A stretch of 64,000 nucleotides of DNA from Lytechinus pictus (taxonomy: Eukaryota). The stretch covers positions 13,766,001 through 13,830,000 of the forward strand of contig NC_087252.1 of NCBI RefSeq assembly GCF_037042905.1. The letters are read 5' to 3'. The position numbers and the translations under genes are program-made. Under the pieces are notes generated by a model. The model saw only the letters and a program-made list of their open reading frames with translations, did not search any database and was not told the origin of the DNA. Of this stretch, positions 14,632 through 28,789 are shown piece by piece; position 1 is the stretch's first letter; each line of letters begins with the position of its first letter.

Positions 14632-17600
14632 ATCTTGAAGTGCCTCAATATCTTCAGCAAAATATATCTCCTGCTGAGATTCAGAAGTGTGCCCACAGAC
14701 TCGCAAAAAGGCATTTTAGGAGGTTGGCTGTGGCTGCTAAGATAAAGGATGAAAATCAAATCTCCACCATCATCGGTGAAAATAAGGATGTGCTGTTGAT
14801 CGTTGAACAGATGATAAATGATTGGTTGATTGGACAAGAATGTGGCAACTATGAAAAGAGATGCAAGCTGGATGATGCCATCATTGAGATTGGTCGCCAT
14901 GATGTGACCGGTATCGTATTGATATCAATATATAAATACATATTTAATAGAACGTATTAAGACCAGTGGGTTATTTCATTTCGTAAAGCTGTTTGTGAGA
15001 TAGACATAGCTTTACACACGACTGTGGATCATGTTTTGTACATAACAGTTTAAGTTCTATAATTTAATTGAAATCGGTGCTGCATGGAAATCGATTTGGT
15101 TGGTCAGTTTTGTTTCAGTGAATCTTATCGCGTTCTTCACGTCTGTGACGTAAAGTCCCCATAATTATAATGTTAACATTTTTCGAAAGCATTATTTAAG
15201 AATCGCTGGGATATACTTTTCTATTCGTCTCTACCAGATTCATTTGGGACAACGAGCTACAGAGTCCAATCAGGGAATGATCATAAGAGAGAACATTCTT
15301 ATGCAAACTATTTCGGTGAGTGTAATTCCATGACAGTCTTGATTTGAATAGGGTGACTGATTTTTCCCCTAATTAAAGAATCATTTGCAAAATAAAAGAT
15401 TTATGCTTTCCAGAATTGATATTCCCCCATTCCATTCCATCATTATCTTCTTATTTTACCCACAGATTGCAGCAGTTTATTTGACGACGATATTGAATCT
15501 TTGCTGAGGTATCTTCCTTCTGGTGCAATGCCAATGTTTCTCGAAAAAATTGGGATTTTACGAGGAGACGACGATGTCGGAGTAAGGCTGCGATGCTGGC
15601 GAGATCAAAGGATAGGGAAACACAAAGGATGTTCCCTACAAGAAACAACTGCAATCCTTATAGAAACCCTGCAGGAGACAAACAACAATTACGGTAATTC
15701 TGTTAGAACTGAGTGTGTAAAACCTAACGGAATCGAGTCTTAACAGAGAGTTCAAATTATTTTCAAGAAATAATTTAGGAAATTAATCATGCGTAGTAGA
15801 TATTGCTTCATGCCATTTTGGGGGATGTTATTCCATAGTCACCTATTAGAGTCCGATCTCGGATATGCAAAGGAGAATAGCTCCCCCATTTCTGAAAGGA
15901 ATTACACTGGATTTCGTCAAAATTTGATATTCTTTGTGGCTTTATTTCTTATAAGATCTTGACGAAAAGTGTGATATCAAAATTGATATCCTACATTTTA
16001 ATTCATTTCTTTCTCCAAAATGTACTTCTTTCGCTTATAGCCGAATGTTTTAATTGTCAATGTTGTTTTATCGCAATTCTATTGCGAAGATAAACATCAT
16101 GAAATGCGTAAGAGTACTGTTATCAGATCATATATTATTATTATTACGGATGAAAAAAAGATAATTTATTATCTGATTACATGTATATATTTTACCATAT
16201 GTTCAAGAGTCGTGTATAAAATATTTTGATTTTTCAAATTGTTTCAAAGTGTTGTCCTTGACCGATGATGATCTGGAAAACATAGTTGCAAGCATGACCT
16301 CTCCAAAGCAGATGGAAGTTCTTGCATCGAAGCTGAAGATAAAACCAGAGGGGCCACCACTACAAACCCTAAAAAACTGGATGGATGGGTCTAAGAAGGA
16401 CAATCGTCGTGACATTTTGTGGAAAGCGCTCACTTCGAGTGAATTATCAGGTTTGTTAACCAAAATAGACATACAATGTTGCAAGGAAAGCCATTATTGA
16501 TCACGAAAGTATTACTTGGCATTAAGTATTTGCTATTAGAAATGAATTACTACGACAATCATAAGAGATGCAGACTCAAGCGAATCTCCTCGTAGGAATG
16601 CTTTTTTTATTTCCTCGCTCCCTTTTTAAAGCTTGGATGAAGTATGAATTAAATTGGCTATTAGATTACAAGCACAAAGGCTGCATACTGGGCGGGGGGG
16701 GGGGTGGGAGGGGCAGGAAATTGATCTCTTTTAAATTCTTCCAGTTGGGTGTTTCATAATGCTGTTCGTTAAGCTACGAACGACTTTTCGCACGACTGGA
16801 ACATGTTCTTAGGTCATAACTCAATTACATATGGATATCACATAGCACAAGAAAGGATCACCAGTCGTGCGTCATTCGTATCTTACGAACAGCTTTATGA
16901 AACACCCACCAGGTCTCCAATTTTTACCTGCATATAGTGAACAATAAACATGGATATTAGGTGTAAGGGAAAATTAAGAAAGAAGTGTTTGAGATGGTTT
17001 AACCAGATCAATCATTGCAATCTTGAGTATTAACTTGGTATTTTTTAATGGAGTTACATGTTTAACAATTTTCAATTCAATTGTTCTGTAACTGCTAAAT
17101 ACTATATATTAGTTGACTAATATTTTACAAAGTTGTATTACAGTGCCTTTAGGATGTATAGAATTCAAAAGGGATGGATTAAATAAAATTAAAACCTCAT
17201 TTAATTTTAAAAACCTTATTATTTTCACGTATTTCAAAGACGTTTTTCATGAATTGCCTTCCGTTTTCTTTTTCTAGGATGCATCGTTCAACGACTTCCT
17301 TCAGAATACGTTTACCAACCTGAGATGTTACATTTAGCTTGGAGCACGTTTTTAACTGACGTTCTGCCACTAGCGAACTTACTCAACATGAATATCAACA
17401 AACGGGATTCTCAGTTGAAAGGAACTGCTGAATTGTTTCTGCAACTGTTAAAGAAATCGCATACTTTAGACTCAGTTCGTCGTCGTGATTTCTCTATTGC
17501 CATTAGAAACCTAGGCTGTCTGGATATTGCACGATCTGTATATTTTGGTAAGGAATATTGAACGTGTATAAACCTCTATGTCGATATTCAAAGAAGAAAA

Positions 17601-20490
17601 AAAAATCAGAAAATAAGTAATACTGTTCTCCAACGTAACGGTGTACAGACGCATATTAATGGAAAATGTGACATTTACGGGGTCGCGTTTGGTTTACACA
17701 TAATAAATGTTTATGAGTGCAATGGACAGAATACTTCATGAGGTGAAAGATGAAATGATCCATTCAACGAGGCAGGCGTAGCCGAGTTGAATGGATCATT
17801 TCATCTTTCAACGAATGAAGTCTTCTGTCTATTGCCCGAATGAAAAGAACATTCATTACTTGGTTTATACATGGACCACTAGCGTACCTACGGGGGGGGG
17901 GGGGGGCAGGGGGGGCACTCTGCCCCCCTGACGAGTCATAACCCATGCAAACAACTTTTTTGCCCCCCCCCCCCCCTGACGAGCTTGAAGACCTTTTTTA
18001 TTTTTTTATTTATTTTTTTTTATTTATTTTTTTTGCTTGTCAATTTTTTTTCTGGAACGAAATCCTCTATTTGTGATCGAAGACCCTTTTTTTTTTTTTT
18101 TTTTTTTTTTTTGGCTTGTCAAATTTTTTTGGGTACGAAATCCTTTATTTGTGATCGAAGACCTTTTTTTTTTTTTTTTTTTTTTGCTTGTCAAATTTTT
18201 GGGCGGACGGTTTTGCCCCCCCTGTGGAAAATCCTAGGTACGCCACTGACATGGACCTATGGTTTATATGACAGTGACTAAAATAAATTCTTTTTCATGT
18301 GAAATTATGCAAAATGTGCAAAATATGCTTATGCAGTGCGAGCTCGGTCTGTTGTTTATCGCGTACATACAACATGCATCGGTGGCTCGGTGCGCGCGTG
18401 CAATGGACAAAATCGTATGGATCCAAAATTGCACTGTTGATGACGTCGTTGTAAAATGTGCTGAATGATCGATATCGAACAACCAATCAAATAACAAGGA
18501 TCTATCTAGGATAACAGAGAATATATCGAACCCTATCTATAGTGCTGTGCATGAGGATCAGAATAGTAGAAAGTTCCCTAAAAGAATTCTGTTAGTTTTT
18601 GCGGGAAATTGCCTTTTAAACGGTAGGATCTTAATTGGGAGGTCAGAAAATTGTGCCTCTCTTGAAGAAGATATTGAGGTAGTCCAGATGACTCATCCAC
18701 ACTTTGCGTTCCATTCACTGAAAGCTAACCCTTCACACTAAACTTATTCACTGGTCGTGTGATCCCCAAATATACTCTAGGAGAAATGTAAAAGTACTCG
18801 GAAACAAAAGGCGACCTCAAGCGATCGCACGATTATTGGCAAAGCTTCTGCATAATCTTTTGCGCCCTTCTGTCGCATAAAGTTCGAATGTTTGATCCTT
18901 TTTTCAACATTCGTGTCCTTGAAAATCTTCGCAAGATGTTCGCAAACACAGTGTAAACTGCGCGTGTCTTCTGATCGTCCTGCTTAAAGTAAAAGTTTTT
19001 TTTTATATATATATAGTTTGATGTATATGATTATACACAGGTTATGACGCAAGCCTTAGTGAACTGTGCAATATGGTATCAGGGCTGTTGGTAGACGAAA
19101 TTGTGAAGTTAAAATGTATACATGTATATATATTCTTGTCCTTGCAAACCTTGGCAGATTGATTTGCGAATCCTGTGAAATCATGTTTAAAGTATAACAT
19201 AATTTATTTACATCTTAATGTATACCATCGTTTACAGGTTATGACGCAAGTCTTAGTGAACTGTGCAACATGGTATCAGGGCTGTTGGAAGACGAGATTG
19301 TGAAGTTGATGGACAATCTGGAATTAGAGAGAGATGCTCTCTCAGTCTGTAAAGGAACAACAGGAGAATACGACATCGTCAGACTCATGGAGATCTGGAA
19401 AGGACGACACAGTTCAGGACCATTCGACTACAGATTAAAGTTAGCTTTAGGTCTACGTGCTGCTGGAAAAACCGAGGTTGCCAGGAAGATTATTGCAGGT
19501 ACGCAACTATATGATCATATATACTATTAGCAAATAAAGCATTTGATATGTAGGGAAGAACTTGTTTTCATAATGAATAACTTTTTTCTGTTTAATTTAC
19601 TTAATTTTTTAAAAGAAATAAATAGGGCAAAAGTTTTGCTATATATTGTCATGATAACCAAAAAGTAAAATCATAATCGGTGTCTTACAAAATAAAGGAA
19701 ATCACCTAATGTATGACCCATGTTTCAGTCTGCAAATTCACCCCCCACACACACACAGACACCCACTTCGAGGCCGCAATTCAAGTAGGTCTATCTTTTT
19801 AACCTAATGCATCCATACTGTCATACCACATGATAAAAGAAGATATCCGAATGTGCTGACTACTGAACCTTTTGTGTATCCTAATGTATTACTTATTCTA
19901 TAATGTTAAACAGAATGTCCCCACATTGATGGCTTGTGTCTTGTTACTTATACCTCTTGTCCTGTGTCTTTCGTTTTGTAGGGATAGGTATCTCTGACAT
20001 GGTGACAGTCAATCCCGATGTGGTGAAAAGGATATGCGACGGAATTGGCAATGGTCAATTGGGAAGGCTTGCGGAACACCTGGGATTAAATGCCAAAGGA
20101 GATAACCAAGTCGATACTTCAGCTCTTGTTATCCAGTGGGCAACAGAGTGGTTCAGCAAGGCTGACCGTTCTTCACTATTCGAATCCTTCAAGGGTACGT
20201 TCACCAACGAGGAGAAATCTCGTAAAAAAGAAATCGACAATCTTTTCAAGGCAGGATTTGGCAGACTTGCTGAAGAACTAATGCTCCTCGAGGTATCTAG
20301 ACTACGTATCATCAAGCAGGGGCAGATGACATTATCCGATGATTTCGTAGATGAACCTTGCGAAAGTAAAAATCAAGAGACACCTGAACAAATGGAATCT
20401 GAGAACAATCTACCAAGCGGAGCATGTTCCGAGGACTCAAGTACGGGTGTTCAAGGAACATCATGCAACAACGAGAATGAAGATACGTAA
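14632..20490 (+). CDS. Paralog copy A: 3' seven exons encoding six death-domain-like modules, linker and acidic tail (14632-14910, 15238-15315, 15466-15693, 16250-16450, 17278-17547, 19238-19498, 19982-20490). 5' exons not found in the window
   Basis: Internal exons have the same lengths, phase and splice sites as copy B, all frames are open, and the translations are clearly homologous. Confidence 0.8.
16745..16909. mobile_element. Short MITE with CAG target duplication (PIF/Harbinger-like), specific to copy A
   Basis: CAG|ttgggtgtttcata..tatgaaacacccac|CAG. Copy B has the empty site ttccaggtct at ~54074. A related copy is at ~26337-26483. Confidence 0.75.
17878..18249 (-). mobile_element. 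MITE with CA(G/C)T(G/A)GCGTACCTA termini; a related copy in opposite orientation is at ~31589-31892
   Basis: cactagcgtaccta..taggtacgccactg, with G/C runs and T-rich internal repeats. Confidence 0.7.
19041..19110 (+). pseudogene. Truncated duplicate of the start of exon 19238-19498
   Basis: cag|GTTATGACGCAAGCCTTAGTGAACTGTGCAATATGGTATCAGGGCTGTTG..TTGTGAAGTT repeats 19238-19308. Confidence 0.8.
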
Positions 20491-21769
20491 CTGTAGGGAT
20501 ATGCTTGAACTGTCGGAGAGCTCCTTAAAGTTGTTTCCAGGAGTGAAAAGAAATTTTTGGGGATATTTTTTTTTTCTTCAAATATTAATCTGATTGTAGT
20601 GACAAAGACGCCGCTGAGATGGTTATTAATCCTATGGAAATGGGCTATCATAGCTACCGAAGGAGAATATAACAAATGTAAATAGAACCATGAAGGTATC
20701 TATTATACCATGGCTATGAGACTCTATGGTGAATTAGTTCAAATGATACAAGGATTTCCCCCCGTTTTCAAAGTCAGTTTTAATAAGAATTCATTTTTGT
20801 AACATCTTTGTTTTTTTGTGACGCACTGTAACTCGATTGACGGAATAATCGTTGAGTAGTGTGCATATAATTATATAGATAGAGCCTTCAAACAGTTAGT
20901 TATATTCATATAATTGTTTGATGAAGGCCCAGTGGTCAGATATTGTGTCTCCAATGGCAGTACAACTATTGAATTCGTCATATTTTTTGCCATTAAATTT
21001 TAACTGTCTTCGAAATGTGACACTGCTATGATTGTCACAAATCAGTATTCTGAACAGTGTTTTTTCTTTGTCATGTCTCTGAGAAAGATAGAATATCGAG
21101 AAAAGACAATGTTCAGAATACCGTCCCTGAATATCAAGTTTTCATGTCTGAAGAATTATTGGAGTTATGATAACAAGACATTTCACGTCATTTTTGATGC
21201 TCTCTGTTATTCATGTTGTATATGAATTCACTATTTCTATGTAAGATATTAATTTTTTGCATACATGTATATTAGAGTCTTTCTTGACTTTTATTTTCAA
21301 TTTGACTTATTTATACATTCGCGTTAAATGACTTTCCATTATATCCTTTTCTAGAAGCAGTCCATGTTGGGAAATCACAAGAACTGCAATATAGTGCCCC
21401 GGTACTTTCAGCTGGACAAAATATGGAAATAGGCTTTTGGTTGTTTTTTAAAATATATATGTTCAATTAACTTTTATTAAAATGTTTAATCATAACGTAT
21501 AAAAAAAATATTTGTAGATATATATATATATCCTTTGACGATAAATGGTTTACAAGAGATCCAGGCTGAAGGATACCGTTACTACAATATTTATTCCAGG
21601 TTATATTGAAATAGGATTAATTCCTAACCCACCTGTCATTTTAAGTCAGAGCCCACCGCTTTGATACCACCTTTTGCTATTTGTTTGTATGTAGTACAAA
21701 ATAGTACAGCACCTTAAATCTCACCGTTTGCTCGCACAATATGGTAATAATATCGGAAGTTAATTGTTC

Positions 21770-22506
21770 TTTTGTGGCGCCGCTTTTCCGACGCGGTGTC
21801 AACATTAAATCTTAACCGAAAGTTTTTTAAATGACATCACAACTTAGAAAGAATATGGACCTAGTTCTTGAAACTTGAACACATGTTTATTAAAGTATTA
21901 CTGAGCATTCTGTCTGAGTTTCAGGTCACATGACTAAGGTCAAAAGCCATTTAAGGTCGATGAACGTAGACTAACCCTAAGGTTAAGTTTTTGAAATTTC
22001 ATCATAACTTAAAAGGTTTATGAACCTAGTTCATCAAACGTGAACATAAAATTTAGACATAAAATTAATCAGGTATCTCTGAACATCCTGTGCGAGGTTC
22101 ATGTCACATGACCAAGGTCAAAGGTCATTTAAGGTCAATTAACTTTGGCCAAGTTTGGGGTATTTGTTGAATTACCATCATAACTCTGAAAGTGTACTGG
22201 CCTAGTTCTTTAAACTTGGACATAAGAGTAATCAAGTATCACTGAACACCCTGTGCGACTTTCAAGTCACATGCCCAAGGTCAAAGGTCATAAGGTCAAT
22301 GAGCTTTGGCCATGTTGGGGTAATGGTTAAATGCCATCATAACTTTGAAAGTTTATGAAATATATGGACATAGGCGTAATCGAGTATCGCATGATCAAGG
22401 ACTCGAACAAATTATTATATTATATTACTTGCTCTTTTCAACGTCAGCACTGCTGCTATATTGAATTGTGTAATGCTGGCGAGACTGCCAGAAGCGCTCC
22501 ACTTGC
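21770..22506 (+). mobile_element. Older DINE/HINE-like copy at the site paralogous to 59268-60052
   Basis: ggcgccgcttttccgacg start, internal gtcacatgaccaaggtcaaaggtca repeats, and ggcgagactgccagaagcgctccacttg end. Confidence 0.7.
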
Positions 22507-23084
22507 TCTTTTATTTTGTACATTGTAATTCCCTTTTAAATCATTTCCATGAAGAGATGAAGAGTGCTATGGACATGTATATCATACATTTCTTATTATT
22601 CAAAGTTGAATTGGTAGAGTGACTTTTCCAAATTATACAAAGTGCGACTATTTTCATCTTGGTCTCGGCCCGAGCTGCCGCTTACAGGTTTGGCGTTCAT
22701 TGTATTCAATGCATTTGTTCCTGCCAAATAGGGCCTTACCATTCAACTCACCTGGGTCGAGTGCAGCACAATGTTGATAATGGAGCTCAAAAGAGCAATG
22801 ACGTGATATTACCGTGTTTCGTTGTATCTTGCCTGTTTGCTGTTGTTGCCTTTGGAATGAGGGCAGTGTGTTTTGGTCTGTTTTAATTATTTTAGTGAAT
22901 GATTGTCATTATCATGATATTATTAGCAATTTATTGTTGTTTCTATTTTGCCATCATCATTTTTATTATTGCTTTAATGTGAAAGAAAGAGGCTGTTGGA
23001 TGCAGGAAGTAGGCTCACACTTCTTCAAATAATCAAGCTTTCAACCTTTAGGGGGGGCACAATTATAAAATAAATAATGGGCAA

Positions 23085-23900
23085 CAGGGTGGTTCAGAAA
23101 GTTTTACAGTTTTTCACTTCTCGAATCCATCAAGGGAATGTTCTCAAACGAGGAGAAATCTCGTAAAAATGCTTCTTGAGGTATCTAGATTACGTTCCGC
23201 GAAGCAAGGGGAGATGCCATTATCCAATGATAGAAATCAAGAGACATCTGAACAAGTTGAGTAGTATAGTAAAGTATTCATTTTCAGTATAAAAATTCAA
23301 AACGGATGGATAGCCCATATTTAGTTTAGTCAACATGACAATGCTCTTCTTCCATGGGGTCCACAATCTGAGAAAAATCCACCAAGCGAAGCATGTCCCG
23401 AGGATTCAAGTTCAGGTGTTCAAGGGACATCATACAACCATAGAGCTATTAATAGCTCCATGATACAACGTTGAGAATGAAAATACGCAAATATAGGGAT
23501 ATGCCTGAACTCTCGGAGAGCTCCTTAAGTTGGAAACTCTTTTTTTTTCAAATCTTAATCTTTGCTGTGACAAAGACGCAGCTGAGATAGTTATCTATAC
23601 TATAGGAAGAGGTTATTAAAGCTGCCGAAGTAGAATGAACTACATGTGAATTTAACCACTGAGGTAGCTGTTATATCTTGGCTGTGAAATTGACGGTAAG
23701 TAAATTTTAATCAGGATTCATTTTTGTAACAACTTTGGTTTTCTGTGACGCACTGTAACCGACTGACAGAATAATAGTTGAGTAGCGTGCATATAAGATT
23801 GATCGAGCACTCAAGCAGTTAGTTATATTCATAAAATTGTAATTTGATAAGGCCTAATTTTCTGAAATTATGCGTTCAATGTCAGTAGACCCATTTGAAT
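23085..23900 (+). pseudogene. Decayed duplicate of terminal exon and 3' flank (copy A)
   Basis: Fragments such as aacgaggagaaatctcgtaaaaa, gaggtatctaga, aatcaagagacatctgaacaa and tgtgacgcactgtaac match 20140-20950, with deletions and stops. Confidence 0.8.
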
Positions 23901-25139
23901 TAATGATATCCAGCAGGGGCTGCGGAACCGGGGGGACTGCAGCCCCCTTACACTTTTTTGAGAAGATACGTTTGAAAAAAAAATCACAAAACGCTTTTAC
24001 AGCTATTTAGATATTATTGAAGTAAATTGAATAATTCAAACTTGGTATACCTAATGTATGAAATGAACTAAGGAACGCCTTTTGTCGGTTTCATTCAAAC
24101 AATCAAGACAATGGATTCCAAGTTGTTCTGTGAACCCTAAATGGTACATTGCATACCATCGACTTGCAAAGTACACGTGCGCTGCCATTCCATTCATTGT
24201 TTTTATTTGGCAATAAGTCATGATTGGCTACGATTGACTGCGCCATTCAACCCGTTATCTAGGGTAGATATAGACCAATTATTGTGCGCAAGCTTTTCTC
24301 CCACATGTCTTATGAGATACAGTCCATGGCATCGCATTCACACAAAGAATTGTTCCTGTTTAATCGTTTAAGATTACCAATCCTGAATTTAAAAAAATTG
24401 ATCATTTTGAGGATAAGGAATTTGAGGTATGTAGCATTAGAAGTAATGATCAAATAATTTGCAATTTTCTTTTTTATATATACAAATTTAATGAAAATTT
24501 CATGCGTGAATGACAAATAATCTAAGTAATTTCAGATGAAAGAGGAAATTATAAGCTTTACAATGGTAGGTCATTTGTCTATTGTATTTGTGATTAAGTT
24601 ATGATAAATCAACGCAAAATCTCCGTTTCTTTTCTTTTTTTTTTTGGTGGGACGCACTGTATATTGTCCCTTTTACACGAATTGGTGCTGTTGTGGGGAA
24701 TCAGTACAATATGGCCGTGAACTTCTTTACATATGTTATAAACATGTGATTTGAAATTCATGGTGAAAATGGGAAAAATAATTATAGTACTAGGTGTATT
24801 ATATATTACATTCAATGTGTAAACATGAAATTTTGTTTCTTTGGTGAATGCTTCTCATTCTAATCAGGTTGGTGCGTCGGACAGCTATCAGTTTAATTGA
24901 TGGAGACAATAAATATCTGAATAAAAAATATCCATTAGGCTTATTTCAAAGTTTGTATTGCTTATATCATTTTTTTGTGACTATGAACAGTGTGAAATTA
25001 GCTCGGATGCATCATGATCATCCACATCCCATTCGAACGACGTTCTTGTGGATATTCCCTTTGGTTAGAACGTTCTGTGTACAAACCTCCCAGATATATT
25101 CCCAATCTTTCATTGGAGAACGCGAACGCTTATTTACGG

Positions 25140-25440
25140 GGGGGGGGGGGGGTGGTCACTTCCATTGACGAGTGGATACCAGGCGAGACCACGCGTAAAA
25201 GGGGACAGTAAGTTACGTATAGGCCTATGTAACGTTATAAGGGTGTCAAAGACGATGTTCAAAATACTGAAAAAAGGGATATTTAGTATTAACAATACTT
25301 GGAGGATTTCACAAGCAAAATACTTGTTAAGAGATGCATTTTCATAATCTGGAAAAGACTTGCTTCCCCTGTTTAGGGTGCTTTTCGAAACCCCATAGTC
25401 GTGTCTGGTATCCACTCATCAATGGAAATGGTCCCCCGGG
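25140..25440. mobile_element. MITE
   Basis: IRs cacttccattgacgagtggataccag / ctggtatccactcatcaatggaaatg. Confidence 0.65.
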
Positions 25441-25492
25441 AATTTGAATCTAATCCCACATTTCTGGGGAAAGTAAAACATAATGCCCATTA

Positions 25493-25644
25493 CATTGTGT
25501 GCTAGAGGCATATCGTTTGTGTATAAGGAGTAAACAAAAACAAAAAAATCCGCAAATACATCTGAACTTCAGCCGATTTTGAGGGTTTTTTTTCTTTTGT
25601 TTACTCCTTCATAAACACAAACGATATGCCTCTAGCACACAATG
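25493..25644. mobile_element. Small palindromic MITE flanked by TA
   Basis: TA|cattgtgtgctagaggcatatcgtttgtgt..acacaaacgatatgcctctagcacacaatg|TA. Confidence 0.75.
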
Positions 25645-27919
25645 TATAGGCCTATTGCATATGCTGTGTACATATCAACGCATGCGAAATGGTTTCGGCT
25701 GGAGAGGTGGTCTGATCCATGGAATCAATTGGCAGTGATCCACCAATAATCCACATTAAATGCAATATCGATTCGATTGACTGTAATGATCTATATCGAA
25801 GCCCTAATTCAGTAAGTTTTTCCTCACTCAATATGTACTCGATTTGTTTGAAAAACCACTTTCTTATCCATGTCATAATCTGCTGTGGGCCTGCATTTGG
25901 AATATCTCCAGCCACCTGTCATAGTATAGTGGCTCGCAGCCAGCTCAGGGGGCATATATACGATGATGACCAGACGTACATGCATGAAAACGGGATTTAT
26001 TCTCGCAGCAGCAGATCTATAGGGCCTGTATCACAAAGCTTAGCAATGAATGTAGAACAGTTTTCTATGATTGATTCCATTGATTATAATGTACAATTAA
26101 TCGTGAAAAAATCGAATGTACGATTAATTGCTAATTTTTGTGTTAGGGGACCCTAAGTTACCGTCCCTGAGGTTTGCGAAAGGTTGCAATTAGCGATTCA
26201 AGAACACAGTAAGTGTATTGAGTGTGCTCGAGCTGGGAGGTATTTGTCGAAGATTGATGAACCGGAACAGAAGTTTCTTCCTAAGTCTTGCATGCAGCTG
26301 ACGAAAAGTTGGAAATATGCCGTTTGTTAAGAGTCCGAGTGGCCGTATCATAAAGCTGTTCGTAAGTTAAGAGCGACTTTAAGAATGATTGATGAACCTT
26401 AACCATCGTCAATGAATATACCATTTTCCACAAGAAAGGATCACCAGTCGTTCTTACGAACATTTTTACGAAACACACACCAGGACGGAACTGCTGTTTT
26501 AATTCACTAATTTTCGACAAAGACTTCTTGGCTGTTTATTGTCATGAAGGGCATTTGACAATACGTTTTCCATGTTCTTGAATCCGTTATGCGTCGATGA
26601 ACGAAAACTTCACAGGCGTGGAAATTTCAGTGAACAGTTATTGAGTCCCAGTCAAATATGAACACGGATCCCGAAGGGTCTACACAGCATTCCCTGGATC
26701 GAGCCACCATAATCTGGGGGTAAATTGCAAATTCTATTGCCAACTCACCCAGTCATTACATGGGCTACGTTCATATAGTCTACTAACATTCCGTACATCA
26801 GCATTTCGTTTGATAACCATTTGGCCCAATATTCACCGGTTCGTCTTTGTTTCATAACCAGTTGGTCTAATACCCATTTCTTTTCAATTTCATTTCGCCC
26901 AATTAACACTTAACCCGAATGACCTATTGGACCAACTGGAAGTAAAAGGGGAGTGGACGAGATGGCAATTATATCCTGTGGATAATGGTGTGATTGATGG
27001 TAGACCAAATAATAGTAGACTAGTTGGTAATTGGACGAATGGGCATTTTAAACAGAAAAATCTGGGGACGTCCGGGACTGAGCGTCGACGTGTTGACTGC
27101 AGACATGTACCACGGGCCACAGAAATAGGGGGGGGGTCTGGGCGGGCCTCATCACCCCCCTCCCACTTTTTCTTCCAAAACCGAGTACAAAAACGTAAAA
27201 AATGACCCTCTGAGTTTTGCACGGGAACCCAGCTACTTTTTACTCAGCCCCCCCCCCTACACACTTTAAAAACCGTTCCGTGGTCACTACATACGGTTAA
27301 CACGGCGATGGCACGGATTTAGCCGGACCAACACGGCATCGGATCTACATACACTGACCATCAGGCCGTCAGTACGGAATAACCCGGCAGCTACACGGAC
27401 CAACACGGCAGCTACACGAGGCAACACGACAGCTACATGGAGCAACAGGGGTACGACTCAAACCATCCCAGATTGCTTTGCACACACGGTAGTTCACAGA
27501 TGACGTTGGATATTTTTTTCACCTCCCAATTACGGCTATTTGCAACATTTGAGTTCCTTCAGGGTTAATATTTGTGTCGCCTCGGAGGAAAACTATTTTT
27601 CCCCGAGACGCAAATATAACTATGAAAAGAAAATAAAGTGTTATATAGTTACCCAAGGGAAACATAGGTAGGATAGGCTTGTTCTAGAAAATTTTGCTGC
27701 CTCACCAATTGATTACAGTTGCAATATCCGTTTTAAAAATCCTCAAAAAATGGTTTAATAGTTTAATTGTTTTTTGGTCCTAATTGCCCTGGACTAGTAT
27801 ATAGTAGGTGAGTGAGGGACATGAATAATACCCCAAGCCCCTGCAGCTGATGGTACTTAGATCTTTTACGTGTGCTGCTGATACAAGAACTTAACTTTTG
27901 AGACGGTAGATTTTGGGTC

Positions 27920-28078
27920 TGGGGCCCGTTTTATATGGACTGTTACGGGCTGTTACTTTGCCATTACGGCAACTGTCATGGTAACATGGCTCAGTAGCCA
28001 ATCAAAATCAAGGTTACCATGGTAGTTGCCGAAGTGGCAAAGTTACAGCAGTTGCAAGTCCATATGAAACGGGCCCCA
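27920..28078. mobile_element. Palindromic MITE
   Basis: tggggcccgtttt atatggac..gtccatatg aaacgggcccca. Confidence 0.7.
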
Positions 28079-28789
28079 AGTCCTGAATTAGTAGCAGGCC
28101 TACTACTTGTTGAGCGAGGGGCAAAAATAAATCACCTACCACACCACTGAAAAGGATTTACACCATAGGTAGTTTATGGGCCCTCTAGATCACTGCTAGG
28201 TAGGTTGTACCCTTAAACTGTGGTATCACCTATTTTCTGCAGTCGAATTTAAAGAGCGATGTAAAAAAGCAACACAAATTAAAAGAAACTTTAAAGGGAA
28301 TGTGAATGTACTTAACCATATCTCCGCTTGTATGTACAGCATCATAAATGTATCGAACTGTTGCTTGGGGATAGCTTTAACGTTACAACATTTAAAAGGG
28401 AAATTTAGATATCAAGCATTCAAAATAGTAATACATTCGGGCCAAGTTCAATTTCCATCTCAAGTAGATATGAAAAAATCGAGACGATAAAGTCATTTTG
28501 TGTGTTTAAACACGTGGCGCTCTTTGAAACTACACTGAAATGAAATGCGCATTATTTATCACAAAATTAAAATTTTAAACATTAATTTTCAGATATGCTT
28601 TAACTACTCTATGGGCAGATGGGCTAATCTTATAGTGCCAATATTTTGGGGTCCAACGCAGCATAACTCAATATGAATTTGCTTGTTTACTGGCGATATA
28701 TATCCAAACCAATTTCATTTCAGTGGCGTAGGGAGCCCATCCCCCCTTTACTAATGAGCCTGACGGACCTCTCCATTTGTTCAAGATCA

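Noticed and set aside
25719..26156. 145 aa ORF
   Set aside because: It overlaps small inverted-repeat elements and has no recognisable domain or splice context.
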